A stretch of 59,187 nucleotides of DNA, filler included. It is 4 parts of 4 records of this genome, joined end to end, with 100 filler letters (N's around TTAATTAATTAA, not from the genome) between each part and the next. Parts side by side here need not be neighbours in the genome. Positions count along the whole stretch, not along the records: positions 36,308 to 49,751 come from SRR20825019_1139; positions 49,852 to 59,187 come from SRR20825019_1143; 2 more parts are not named here. One strand, given 5' to 3'. Below the pieces are notes generated by a model. The model was not told the DNA's origin. It was given only the letters and a program-made list of their open reading frames with translations, and ran no database searches. Each line of letters starts with the position of its first letter. Position 1 is the first letter of the stretch. Below are positions 48,327 through 58,796 of this stretch, one piece after another. The position numbers and the translations under genes are program-made.

Positions 48327-49723
48327 TCCCGAGCCAACAGCCGGCCCACAAAGACCGGTTTGTACAGGTCCTCAGGGCGCCACGGGTGGATATATATCTA
48401 CGTCGCTGCAAGGGAACGAGTCTGCCGGTGCTGCGGGGCTAGGCTTTCGCGGGGGCAGTGGCGTCAGGGGCGTCCCAGGGCTGGGGCTGGAGGTGGTGTG
48501 GCCGGTAGGTACTCTGGCTGGCCCCGGCTACTCCCCGGCCATGGGTGTCGCCACCAGCCTTGGCTGCAGACACCGGCGGCTGGCATGGCCCGGCCGGCCG
48601 TGGGCGCCGCCCCCTCACTTCCTCGTGACTGGCTGGCGTCGTCATACGGCGCGCGCAGGTCGCCCGGCCGGGCCGGCTAGCCCGGCCGCGGCCGATGCGG
48701 ATGCCCCGTCCGGTCCGGCCCCGGGCCGGGGCCGCGGCCCGGCCTCGGCGAGCGCCCCCGAACGGCGCGGTGGCCCAGAGTCCGGTCAGCGGCGCCCCGC
48801 TCGGCGCGCGCCCCGGGCGGGCCGGGCCGGCGCTCACTGACCCCCCCCACCCGGTCGGCTCGGCAGCCGCGGGCGGTTCCCTGGGCGGGCGGCCCCGGCA
48901 GGAGTGCCCCGCATGATCACCACCGGTGAGAAGCGCGCGGCACTGCACTCCGTCGTGCTCAGATCCTGTACAATCCGCTAGCTAGCAGTTGACGAAGTGC
49001 ACTGGTACAACCCCTAGCCTCAGCAGCGTCCCTTGAAAATTCGAAACTTTTGACCTATGCTCCATGCGAGCTACTTTCATCAGTCAGCAGTGCAGCCTTC
49101 TCGAGAAATCAGCCTGATGGGACGTTCGCCCCTCGCTACAGGAGGAAGGCTACCCTTGACACCGGCCACCGTGCACGCGCCCCCGGCCTCGGAGCCGACC
49201 CGGACCCGGCACGCGGAGCCGCACGGGTGCACCACCAGCCCGTCGGTTCTGGCTGCGGGGCCGGCCTGGGCCGGGCGCGGCGGCCTGACCCGGCCGAGCC
49301 GGCCCACCCCAATGAACGGCGGTCGGGTTGAGAGTGCCGGCCCGGGCGCGGAGGCTGGCCGCTGGCCTCCGGCGCCGGCCCGCCCTGCCGCGCGGGCCGC
49401 CGCGGGTCCGCGTCGGAAGGCCAGGTGCACCCACTCGGCAGCCGGATCCGCTCATGAGCCCCGGGCGCCGGCCGGGCTCGGCTACCCGAGACCGGACGGG
49501 ACGGGCGGACGTGAGGCGGAGGCCGACGTGACCATACTGCGAGCCTTCGTGCACGGTTGAGCGGAACAACCCTAAGAACCGGGGACAGACGCGGCCCACC
49601 AGGCAGCTCAGTGCCCAGTGCCGGGTAGTGGTGTATAGTATGACGAACGGCCCTGGCGGGTCGAGGGCAGCAGTGCGAGGTCGCTCGTCTCAACTGGCAG
49701 TAATCCAACTCGTCTAGCGGAGT

Positions 49724-49751
49724 GGGGTTGGGGTTGGGGTTGGGGTTGGGG
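49724..49751 (+). repeat. (GGGGTT)n tandem repeat at contig end, telomere-like
   Basis: GGGGTT x4 + GGGG running into the gap. Confidence 0.6.
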
Positions 49752-49851
49752 NNNNNNNNNNNNNNNNNNNNNNNNNNNNNNNNNNNNNNNNNNNNTTAAT
49801 TAATTAANNNNNNNNNNNNNNNNNNNNNNNNNNNNNNNNNNNNNNNNNNNN
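49752..49851. other. Artificial contig spacer
   Basis: N-run with TTAATTAATTAA at 49796-49807. Confidence 0.99.
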
Positions 49852-50592
49852 GATGACCGGCACCAGCGTGTTCTTCAGCGCGTGGTTATAATTGATCCGG
49901 TTTTCCGGCAGGCCGCGCGCCCGGGCGAACTTGATGAAATCGGTCCGCATGATCTCGAGCATTTCGGCCCGCACCAGCCGGAGGATCATGGTCACCTGGA
50001 ACAGACTGAGCGTGAGTGCCGGCAGCAGGATGCTGCGCCAGCCGTCAACAGTGAGCAGACTTGTCTTCCAACCGCCAAGTTCGACGGTTCCGGCCCGGCC
50101 GGAAGATGGCAAGACGCCCATATTCACGGCGAAGATATAGATCAGGCTGATGCCGATAATGAAGGTCGGCAAACTGACCCCGACAAGGGAGACAGTCAGC
50201 ACCGCCTTGCTGATCCAGCTGGTCCGGTTGATTCCCGTGAACACGCCGAGCGGGATCCCCAGACCGAGCGCGATCAATGCGGAGACAAAGACCAGCTCCA
50301 AAGTCGCCGGGATCCGTTCGGCGATCATCTCCGTCACGGACCGCTTGGTCCGGTAGGAGAGACCGAACTCACCCTGCAAGGCGTTTTGCATGAAGCGGGC
50401 ATACTGAACGAAGAACGGGTCCTCGAGGCCAAGCACCTCGCGGATCCGCTGCCGGTCCTCAAGCGTTGCTTCCTGGCCAACCATGTTGTCGACCGGATCG
50501 CCAACATAGTTGAAGAGCGAGAAGGAAATGAAAGACACCGCAGCCATGACCACAAGGGCCTGCAGCATGCGGCGCGCGATATAAGTAATCAT
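49852..50592 (-). CDS. Peptide/nickel ABC transporter permease (DppB/OppB-like), 3' truncated
   Basis: MITYIARRMLQA, GEFGLSY, PATLEL, FARARGL, HALKN. Confidence 0.93.
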
Positions 50593-50639
50593 GCGCGTGA
50601 GGCTCGCCTGAAACTGTTTTTAGGTGCCCGGAAGGCTGA

Positions 50640-50662
50640 GGGCGGCGGATATACCGCCGCCC
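50640..50662 (-). terminator. Intercistronic GC hairpin after the peptide SBP gene
   Basis: GGGCGGCGG-atata-CCGCCGCCC, 9-bp stem between SBP and permease genes. Confidence 0.55.
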
Positions 50663-50680
50663 CCGAAATCCGGCAAGCTG

Positions 50681-52249
50681 CTACTGCAGTTTCGCCCGGC
50701 GGAACTGCGGCGAGTCGTTCGGCCTGATCGGGAGATCAAGCTTCGTCGACATGCCCCAGCCGATGACCTGGTGGTGGATCGGCAGATAGACGATTTCATC
50801 CTTCACGATCTTCCATGCTTCCGCGATCATCTCGTCGCGCTTGGCGAGATCGGTCTCGACCGCGAATGCATCGGTCAACTCGTCAACCCTTGCATTGGCA
50901 AAGCCGGTGCCGTTCCAGCTGCCTTTGCTGTGCAACAGATAGCTGAAGACATAATGGGAATCGAGCGTCGGCACGCCCCAGCCCAGCATGTAGAAATCGC
51001 TGACCCGGTTTTTGATTTTCGGGAAATGCTGGCTCTTCGGAATGGCGTCAAGCTTCACCGTCACGCCAATCTTGGCCAGCATGGCCACCGCCGCCTGACA
51101 GATCTTTTCGTCGTTGTTATAGCGGTTGTTCGGGCAGTCGAGCTGGATGGTGAAACCATTCGGATAGCCAGCGTCAGCGAGCAGGCCCTTGGCCGCTGCG
51201 GGATCAAACGGTCGCCGCTTGTCGAGTTCCTTGGTGAAACCATGCACGCCCGGAGACGTGATGATTCCGGCCGGGAAGGAAAGCCCTTCCATGACGACAC
51301 GCTGGATCGCGTCGACGTCGAGTGCCTGATAGAAAGCCTGGCGCACACGCTTGTCCTGGAACGGGTTCTTGCCCTTGACGTCCGAACTGCGCAGCTCGGC
51401 AACACCCTGGTCCATGCCGAAGAAGATCGTCCGGATCTGATTGACCGTGACGGTCTTCAACTCGGCGGAAGAATCGATGCGCTTCAGATCCTGCAGCGGC
51501 GGATCGAGCACGAAGTCGACTTCACCGGAGAGCAGCGCCGCCACGCGGGTCGCCGCATTCTTGATCGGGCGGTACTCGATCTTGTCGATATTATGCTCAG
51601 CATTCGCCGCGCCCCACCAGTTCGGGTTCTTGACCAGAACCGTCAACTCGTCCGGCAGGCGCTGATCGACGATGAAAGGCCCGGTGCCATTGGCATTGCG
51701 CACCGCGAATGTTTCCTCGCCAGCGGCGAAGTCCTGCGGCTCCAGAACGTTGTTCTTCTCAGCCCAGCCTTTGTCCATGATGAAGAGATTGGTGATCTCG
51801 TTCGGCAGGATCGGGTTCGGGCCGTCGGTCATGAACTGGACCGTATAGTCGTCGATGATCTTCACTTCCTTGATCGACTTGACCTGCTCCTTGAAGTCGG
51901 AGCTCTTCGCCTGCGCACGCGCGACGCTGAAGGCCACGTCTTCGGCCGTAAAGTCAGCGCCGTCATGGAATTTCACGCCCTTGCGCAGCTTGAATTCCCA
52001 GCCGTCCGTCCCGAGCGGCTTCCAGATCTCAGCGAGCGAGGGCTCCAGGACCATGTCGCTGTCGCGGGTGACAAGCGGCTCGTAGATCTGACCGCTCATA
52101 CTGTTGGTCGGGCCCTCGTTCTGGCCCATCGGATCCAGCGTGAGAGCGTCGCCCTGGCTTGTCCAACGCAACACATTCTCTGCCTGAGCCGCGCCGGCTA
52201 ACATCGTCGTCGACATCATCGCGGCAATCGCGATCGTGCGGATACTCAT
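50681..52249 (-). CDS. ABC substrate-binding protein family 5 (DppA-like)
   Basis: Start MSIRTIAIAA after GGGAG RBS, signal peptide, TLDP, IYEPLV, LRKGVKFHDG, NGTGPF. Confidence 0.93.
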   Translation of the reverse strand: MSIRTIAIAAMMSTTMLAGAAQAENVLRWTSQGDALTLDPMGQNEGPTNSMSGQIYEPLVTRDSDMVLEPSLAEIWKPLGTDGWEFKLRKGVKFHDGADFTAEDVAFSVARAQAKSSDFKEQVKSIKEVKIIDDYTVQFMTDGPNPILPNEITNLFIMDKGWAEKNNVLEPQDFAAGEETFAVRNANGTGPFIVDQRLPDELTVLVKNPNWWGAANAEHNIDKIEYRPIKNAATRVAALLSGEVDFVLDPPLQDLKRIDSSAELKTVTVNQIRTIFFGMDQGVAELRSSDVKGKNPFQDKRVRQAFYQALDVDAIQRVVMEGLSFPAGIITSPGVHGFTKELDKRRPFDPAAAKGLLADAGYPNGFTIQLDCPNNRYNNDEKICQAAVAMLAKIGVTVKLDAIPKSQHFPKIKNRVSDFYMLGWGVPTLDSHYVFSYLLHSKGSWNGTGFANARVDELTDAFAVETDLAKRDEMIAEAWKIVKDEIVYLPIHHQVIGWGMSTKLDLPIRPNDSPQFRRAKLQ

Positions 52250-52427
52250 AAGGATAGTCTCCCGTCTCTGATGCAAATGCGTCCCTGCGATGTCCGGAAT
52301 TGTTTTTTCTCTCACCGCATAGCGGTCTTCCGGATCATCGAGAGGAAATCTAGCAGGCAATAGGCGGAAGAAAAGAACTAAAGCGCAACCGGGCATTGTC
52401 AAACACCCGGTTGCGATCACAACTCCA

Positions 52428-54869
52428 TCAGGACTTGAGGGCTTCGTTGTCCGGATCGTAGGGGCTTTCGGCAACGATGCGCGCCGGACGGAGCTGGTCC
52501 AGCACGCGGACCTGGCATTCGGCGCCAACCACGGCCTTGTCGGTTCGGATGTAGCCGAGCATCAGCGATTTGCCGACGTAGTGGCCATAGCCGCCTGCCG
52601 TGCCCCGGCCGACCACCTCACCATCCATGAAGACCGGCTCGTTACCGAACGGATCGGCATCGTCCGCGTCGATCTCGATGGTGCAGTAGGTGTTCGGGAT
52701 ACCCTCTTCCTGCTGCCGCACCAGCGCATCGCGGCCGGTGAACTCACCCTTGTTGAGGCGCACGAAGCGCTTCAGGCCAGCTTCGAGAATGGTGTTCTCC
52801 GCGTTCAGGTCCGTGCCCCAGAGACGGTAGGTCTTCTCCAGCCGCATAGAGTCCATCGCCCGCATACCGACGAGGCCGATATCGAACTCCTTACCGGCCT
52901 CCATGATCGCGTCAAACAGATGCTGTTGATACTCGATCGGGTGATGCAGCTCCCAGCCGAGCGAGCCGACAAAGTTCACCCGCAGTGCACGCACGTTCGG
53001 GCAATAGCCGACCGGGATTTCCTGCATGGTGAGCCACGGGAAGGCTTCGTTCGAGACATCCGCGTCGGCCAGCTTTTCCAGCACCTTGCGGGAGTCGGGA
53101 CCGGCCAGCACGAAGACGCCGTATTGGGTCGTGATGTCCTTCAGGAAGACCGAGCCGTCACGCGGCAATTTCTTCTGCAGGAAATCGAGATCGTAATCGT
53201 GCCCGGCTCCCGGGCCGATGACGAAGAAACGCTCGCCATAGAAGCTGTCCGGCATCCTTGTGATGGTGAATTCGGACCGGATCGAGCCCGACGGATTCAG
53301 CGCATGACAGAGATTGATCCGGCCAATGCCTTTCGGAATGGAGTTGGCGACCATACCATCCAGCCACTCACGCGCGCCCGGCCCCTCAACCTCGTACTTG
53401 GCGAAGGAGGAAAGCTCCAGCAGACCGACGCGCTCGCGCATGGTGCGGACTTCGTTACCCACATGCTCGAACCAGTTGGAGCGGCGGTAGGAATAGATAT
53501 CCTTGCGCTCCACGCCCTTCGGCGCGAACCAGTTCGGACGCTCCCAGCCGAAGCGCGCGCCCCAGACGGCCCCGGCCTCGTCCAGGCTCTTGTGCACCGG
53601 GACGGTCTTGGCCGGACGGCCCGCCTCGCGCTCTTCCATCGGAAAGTGATTGAAGAAGACGTGCTCGTAGGCTTCCTCGTTCTTGATCTTGGCGAAGTTC
53701 TTGGAGACGACACCGAAGCGGCGCGGGTCGACACCGATCATGTCGACCGACGGCTCGCCGTCGACGATCCAGTTGGCGAGCTGCCAGCCGGCACCACCCG
53801 CGGCGGTGACGCCGAAGCTGTGGCCTTCCGAGATCCAGAAATTCTCCAGACCGAAAGCCGGGCCAACCATCGGGTTTCCATCCGGCGTGTAGGAAATCGG
53901 GCCGTTCACGATGTCCTTGATGCCGGCATTCTCGAAGGACGGCACGCGGGCCATGCAGGCCTCGACATGCGGCATCAGGCGCTCGAGGTCGCCCGGGAAG
54001 AGATCCTTCTCGAAGCTCGACGGCACGCCATCGACGAAGCAGGCCGGCGCATGGCGCTCATAGGGGCCAAGAATCCAGCCATGACGCTCTTCACGGAAAT
54101 AATATTGTGAGTCGGATTCGCGCAACACCGGCAGCTCGTGATTTCCTGCTTCGCGATATTCCTTCAGGGTTGGGTCGATATCGGTGACGATATATTGGTG
54201 CTCGACCGGGATCGCCGGAATTTCGAGCCCGACCATTTTCGCCGTTGTCCGGGCATAGTTACCCGTCGCGCAGATCACATGCTCACAGCGGATATCGCCC
54301 TTGTCGGTCTTGACGATCCATTCGCTGTTCTCGCGCTCGATGCCGTTGACCTGGGTCTGCTGATAAATCTCGGCACCATGCATCCGCGCGCCCTTGGCCA
54401 GCGCCATGGTGAGGTCGACCGGCGCGATATGACCGTCGGACGGATGCCAGAGAGCGCCGACAAGATCATCCGTCGTCGCCAGCGGCCAAAGCTTCTTGAT
54501 CTCGTCGACACCGATCAGGTGCGCCTCGACGCCGATGGTTTCCGCCGTGCACTGATAGTTCCGGTATTCGTCCATGCGCTCCCGGTTGGTGGCGAGGCGC
54601 AGGTTACCGGTCTGGTGGAAGCTGACGGCCTGACCGGTCTCTTCCTCGAGCGTCTTGTACAGCTCGACGGAATACTGGTGCAGCTGGCCGACGCTGTAGC
54701 TCATGTTGAAAAGCGGCAACAGGCCGGCCGCGTGCCAGGTGGAGCCTGCCGTCAGCTCCGTCCGCTCCAGGAGCACCACATCGCTCCAGCCTTTCTTGGC
54801 GAGATGATACAGGGTGCTGACCCCGACCACGCCACCGCCGATCACCACTGCCCGTGCCTGCGTCTTCAT
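52428..54869 (-). CDS. FAD-dependent oxidoreductase + GcvT domains (dimethylglycine/sarcosine dehydrogenase-like)
   Basis: Start MKTQARAVVIGGGVVG; GSTWHAAG, YTPDG, GWERP, GWELH, SMRLEK, PYDP. Confidence 0.93.
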   Translation of the reverse strand: MKTQARAVVIGGGVVGVSTLYHLAKKGWSDVVLLERTELTAGSTWHAAGLLPLFNMSYSVGQLHQYSVELYKTLEEETGQAVSFHQTGNLRLATNRERMDEYRNYQCTAETIGVEAHLIGVDEIKKLWPLATTDDLVGALWHPSDGHIAPVDLTMALAKGARMHGAEIYQQTQVNGIERENSEWIVKTDKGDIRCEHVICATGNYARTTAKMVGLEIPAIPVEHQYIVTDIDPTLKEYREAGNHELPVLRESDSQYYFREERHGWILGPYERHAPACFVDGVPSSFEKDLFPGDLERLMPHVEACMARVPSFENAGIKDIVNGPISYTPDGNPMVGPAFGLENFWISEGHSFGVTAAGGAGWQLANWIVDGEPSVDMIGVDPRRFGVVSKNFAKIKNEEAYEHVFFNHFPMEEREAGRPAKTVPVHKSLDEAGAVWGARFGWERPNWFAPKGVERKDIYSYRRSNWFEHVGNEVRTMRERVGLLELSSFAKYEVEGPGAREWLDGMVANSIPKGIGRINLCHALNPSGSIRSEFTITRMPDSFYGERFFVIGPGAGHDYDLDFLQKKLPRDGSVFLKDITTQYGVFVLAGPDSRKVLEKLADADVSNEAFPWLTMQEIPVGYCPNVRALRVNFVGSLGWELHHPIEYQQHLFDAIMEAGKEFDIGLVGMRAMDSMRLEKTYRLWGTDLNAENTILEAGLKRFVRLNKGEFTGRDALVRQQEEGIPNTYCTIEIDADDADPFGNEPVFMDGEVVGRGTAGGYGHYVGKSLMLGYIRTDKAVVGAECQVRVLDQLRPARIVAESPYDPDNEALKS

Positions 54870-55151
54870 TTGCCCATATCCCCGTAAACCGGCCTGCCGG
54901 TTGAATTTCATTGCCCGAGCAGTGATCGCACCATTTCCGCGCACGCAATTCACGAAAAGCGACCGGGTGATGTCGGATTCGGAACGTTGGGAATCCCTAC
55001 AATTTGGCGGATTGCGTCCATATTGACGCGAGCGCTTTGACAAGTGGGAACGAGCGTGGTTAGGGTTGTTACCAGATCGTGAAAACACGACGGTAAGCCG
55101 GTCTGCGAGAGGAACGCGCGACCGCAGGGGCAGAACAGGGGCACAAAATCT

Positions 55152-56240
55152 ATGTCAAACGGCAACCAGCCGTTCGTTCAGTTTAAGAACGTTCAAAAGA
55201 CCTATGACGGTGAGATTCTTGTCGTCAAAGACCTCAACCTGGATATTGAGAACGGCGAGTTCCTGACCATGTTGGGCCCGTCCGGTTCCGGGAAAACAAC
55301 CTGCCTCATGATGCTGGCTGGTTTCGAAACACCGACCCAGGGCCAGATCCTGCTCGGCGGCACGGAACTCAACAATGTACCGCCACACAAGCGCGGCATT
55401 GGCATGGTGTTCCAGAACTACGCGCTGTTCCCTCATATGAGCGTCGCCGAAAACCTCGCCTTCCCGCTTGAGGTTCGGAAATTGTCGAAAGCCGACACCG
55501 AGCAGAAGGTCAACCGGGCACTCGACATGGTCGAACTCGGCGCCTTTGGCGACCGGCGCCCGGCACAGCTTTCCGGTGGTCAGCAGCAACGTGTGGCCCT
55601 GGCCCGCGCCCTCGTCTTCGAGCCCGATCTGGTGCTGATGGATGAGCCTCTCGGCGCGCTCGACAAAAATCTGCGTGAGCAGATGCAGTATGAGATCAAG
55701 CACATCCACGAAAATCTCGGCATGTCCGTCGTCTATGTGACGCATGACCAGTCCGAAGCGCTGACCATGTCGGATCGCATTGCGGTCTTCAACGACGGCA
55801 AGATCCAGCAGCTCGCGAAACCCGCCGATCTTTACGAACGCCCGGAAAATGCTTTCGTGGCCCAGTTCATCGGCGAGAACAACCGGCTCTCGGGCAAGGT
55901 TACCGCCGTCAACGGCACCGGATGCACGGTGGAAGTCGCCGGCAATGCGGTGCAATCCCTCAAGGTCAATATTGCGGGCAAGGGCGAGACATCGACATTG
56001 TCGATCAGGCCGGAGCGGGTACAGCTCGCGCCGGAGCCGGGATCCCTGCCGAATATCTTCGACGCCAAGGTGCTGGAGCTGATTTATCTCGGCGACCACA
56101 TCCGGTGCCGGATGGCCTGTTGTGGCGATGACGAGTTCATCGTCAAGGTCCCCAATACCCACAAGCATACCTCAATCGCCAAGGGCGACGATGTACGCGT
56201 GGGTTGGGAAATCGACGATTGCCGAGCACTGGACGCCTAA
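55152..56240 (+). CDS. Polyamine-type ABC transporter ATP-binding protein (PotA-like)
   Basis: GPSGSGKTT, LSGGQQQRVALAR, LMDEPLGALD, YVTHDQ. Confidence 0.95.
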   Translation: MSNGNQPFVQFKNVQKTYDGEILVVKDLNLDIENGEFLTMLGPSGSGKTTCLMMLAGFETPTQGQILLGGTELNNVPPHKRGIGMVFQNYALFPHMSVAENLAFPLEVRKLSKADTEQKVNRALDMVELGAFGDRRPAQLSGGQQQRVALARALVFEPDLVLMDEPLGALDKNLREQMQYEIKHIHENLGMSVVYVTHDQSEALTMSDRIAVFNDGKIQQLAKPADLYERPENAFVAQFIGENNRLSGKVTAVNGTGCTVEVAGNAVQSLKVNIAGKGETSTLSIRPERVQLAPEPGSLPNIFDAKVLELIYLGDHIRCRMACCGDDEFIVKVPNTHKHTSIAKGDDVRVGWEIDDCRALDA

Positions 56241-56351
56241 TCGCGTCCAGCGAACGGAAAAAGGAAGCCGGTCCCCCCATCCGGTTTTTTATAAGCGGCA
56301 CTGCCGCGAACAATTCCAGGGGTCAATCCGAAACAGGGAGTTCTTCGCAAA

Positions 56352-57422
56352 ATGAACGCTGTTAAACCATCCAGGCTTCTGATCGCGGCCCTTGCCGCCA
56401 TCGGCCTGTCCACGGCAGCACAGGCTGCCGACACCATCACTGTTGTTTCCTGGGGCGGTTCCTACACCACCAGCCAGGTTGAGGCATACCACAAGCCGTG
56501 GATCGCCAAGACCGGCAACCAGATCAACTCTGAAGACTATAACGGCGGCCTCGCGGAAATCCGCGCACAGGTTGAAGCCGGTAACGTCACCTGGGATCTG
56601 GTCGACGTCGAGCTGGCCGACGCGGTACGCGGTTGTGACGAAGGCATCCTCGAGCCGCTTCCGCTGGACGAGCTTCCGGCCGGTGCCGATGGTACCCCCG
56701 CGAAAGACGACTTCATTGCCGGTACTCTGCATGAGTGCGCGGTCGGCGAAATCGTCTGGTCCACCGTCTATGCCTACGACACCACCAAAGTCGCAGCCAA
56801 GCCGGCTTCCATCGCCGACTTCTTCGACCTGGAGAAAATCCCGGGCAAGCGCGGCCTGCGCAAGACCGCGAAGGTGAACCTGGAATGGGCCCTGATGGCG
56901 GACGGCGTTCCGGCCGACAAGGTTTATGAAACCCTCGCCACTCCAGAAGGCGTCGATCAGGCTTTCGCCAAGCTCGACACCATCAAGAACGACGTTGTCT
57001 GGTGGGAAGCGGGCGCTCAGCCGCCGCAGCTCCTGGCCGACGGCGAAGTGGTCATGACCAGTGCCTATAACGGCCGCCTGTTCAACGCGATCGTGAACGA
57101 GAAAAAGCCGTTCGACATCATCTGGGACGGCCAGGTCTGGGACATCGATCTCTGGGTCATGCCGAAGGGTTCCAAGAACAAGGAAGCCGCGCTGGACTTC
57201 ATCAAGTTCTCCACGGACACCCAGCGTCTTGCCGATCAGGCGAAGTACATCTCCTACGGTCCGGTCCGGAAATCTTCCTTCGCGAAGGTTGCTCCGGAAA
57301 TGCAGCCGCACATGCCGACTGCTCCGGCCAACTTCAAGAACCCGCTGCAGAACGACTTCGGGTTCTGGGCTGACTATGGCGACGAGCTGAACGAGCGTTT
57401 CAACGCCTGGCTCGCCGGCTAA
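56352..57422 (+). CDS. Polyamine-type ABC substrate-binding protein (PotD-like)
   Basis: Sec signal, VSWGGSY, WDLVD, QPPQLLADGEV, YNGR. Confidence 0.93.
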   Translation: MNAVKPSRLLIAALAAIGLSTAAQAADTITVVSWGGSYTTSQVEAYHKPWIAKTGNQINSEDYNGGLAEIRAQVEAGNVTWDLVDVELADAVRGCDEGILEPLPLDELPAGADGTPAKDDFIAGTLHECAVGEIVWSTVYAYDTTKVAAKPASIADFFDLEKIPGKRGLRKTAKVNLEWALMADGVPADKVYETLATPEGVDQAFAKLDTIKNDVVWWEAGAQPPQLLADGEVVMTSAYNGRLFNAIVNEKKPFDIIWDGQVWDIDLWVMPKGSKNKEAALDFIKFSTDTQRLADQAKYISYGPVRKSSFAKVAPEMQPHMPTAPANFKNPLQNDFGFWADYGDELNERFNAWLAG

Positions 57423-57430
57423 CAGACTTC

Positions 57431-57464
57431 CGGTCGGGGGCGGCGTACGCGCCGCCCCCGACCG
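57431..57464 (+). terminator. Perfect 15-bp hairpin with TACG loop after the SBP gene
   Basis: CGGTCGGGGGCGGCG-tacg-CGCCGCCCCCGACCG; no U-tract. Confidence 0.7.
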
Positions 57465-57522
57465 ATCCTCAACCCCGGGCTCCGGGCTGTGGTTGAGGAT
57501 CGGTTTGGAAGGATCTGGGAAT

Positions 57523-58785
57523 ATGGCGGCAATCACCGAAAATGACGGCCTGATGCGCGCGGCGGACGGTACGCCGCTGAAGCAAGCGCTCGCACGGGCC
57601 ACACGCATGAACAAGATGCGCGCGTTCCTGCTGACCACACCATTGCTTGCCTTCATTCTGGTGACCTTCATCCTGCCCATCGGCATGATGCTGTTCCGCA
57701 GTGTCGACACCCCGGAAGTCTCCGAAGCCTTTCCGAAGACCATCGCCATCCTGAAAGACTGGGACGGTACCGGCACACCAAGCGAAGAGGTCTATGCCTC
57801 GCTCTCAGCCGAGATGTCGGACCCGGAAAACCGTTTCAAACTCGGCAAGGCCGGCACCCGGCTGAACTATATCGAGAGCGGGTTCCGCTCCCTGATGAAC
57901 CGGACGGTCCGCCGGATAAAGCGTGTCGAAGCGGCGCCCTACAAGGACGCCCTCATCCAGATCGACAAGCGCTGGGGTGAAACCGACACCTGGAAGACCA
58001 TCCGGCTCGCCGGAGAACCCTATACCTACCGCGCCTATCTGAACGCCCTCGACCTGACCCAGGCCCCGAGTGGCGAGATTGTCGCGCAGCCCGAAATCAA
58101 GCAGATCTACGTGACCCTGTTCGAACGCACGATCTGGGTTTCGCTTGGCGTCACCCTGGCCTGTATCCTGCTCGCTTATCCGATCTCCTACCTGCTCGCG
58201 ACCCTGCCTTCCGGGACCAGCAACCTGCTGATGATCTTTGTGCTGTTGCCGTTCTGGACTTCGCTTCTGGTCCGGACGACATCCTGGATCGTGCTGCTGC
58301 AGACCAACGGCGTGATAAACGACATTCTGGTATCGCTCGGGCTCGTGGGGACCGATGACCGTATCCAGATGATCTACAACATGACCGGCACCTTTATCGC
58401 CATGTCGCACATCCTGCTGCCGTTCATGGTTCTGCCGCTCTATTCGGTGATGAAGACGATCCCGAAAGACCACATGCGGGCGGCCCGGTCGCTCGGCGCC
58501 AACCCGATGATCGCCTTTATGCGGATCTACATGCCGCAGACGGTGCCGGGCGTGGGCGCGGGCTCGATCCTCGTCTTCATTCTGGCCATCGGCTACTACA
58601 TCACCCCGGCCCTGGTCGGCGGCCAGGATGGCCAGCTGATCAGTAACATCATCGAATACCACATGAAGAAATCGCTGAACTGGAGCCTCGCGGCAGCGCT
58701 CGGCGGCATTCTGCTCGCTGGCGTGCTCGCCCTCTACTGGCTCTATAACCGCATCGTCGGCATCAACAACATGAAGCTCGGTTAA
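57523..58785 (+). CDS. Polyamine-type ABC permease (PotB-like) with large soluble loop
   Basis: LLPFWTSLLVRT, HILLPFMVLPLY, AARSLGA, YITPALVGG. Confidence 0.93.
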   Translation: MAAITENDGLMRAADGTPLKQALARATRMNKMRAFLLTTPLLAFILVTFILPIGMMLFRSVDTPEVSEAFPKTIAILKDWDGTGTPSEEVYASLSAEMSDPENRFKLGKAGTRLNYIESGFRSLMNRTVRRIKRVEAAPYKDALIQIDKRWGETDTWKTIRLAGEPYTYRAYLNALDLTQAPSGEIVAQPEIKQIYVTLFERTIWVSLGVTLACILLAYPISYLLATLPSGTSNLLMIFVLLPFWTSLLVRTTSWIVLLQTNGVINDILVSLGLVGTDDRIQMIYNMTGTFIAMSHILLPFMVLPLYSVMKTIPKDHMRAARSLGANPMIAFMRIYMPQTVPGVGAGSILVFILAIGYYITPALVGGQDGQLISNIIEYHMKKSLNWSLAAALGGILLAGVLALYWLYNRIVGINNMKLG

Positions 58786-58796
58786 GGAGAAAGACC

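Noticed and set aside
48181-49708. Pro/Ala/Arg/Gly-rich ORFs in the GC islands (also 41243-42039, 38503-38947, 10063-10652)
   Set aside because: Stop-codon scarcity in near-pure GC DNA; no domain signal.
24586-49851. Apparent bacterial DNA integrated among eukaryotic genes (HGT or endosymbiont insertion)
   Set aside because: Every eukaryote/bacterium junction coincides with an identical N44-TTAATTAATTAA-N44 spacer, so adjacency is a concatenation artefact and shows no linkage.
52250-52528. ORF-track N-terminal extensions (SBP to 52528, GcvT to 55088, transglutaminase to 26792, permease from 29441)
   Set aside because: Family-typical N-termini begin at 52249, 54869, 26579 and 30275; the extensions overlap other genes or promoters.
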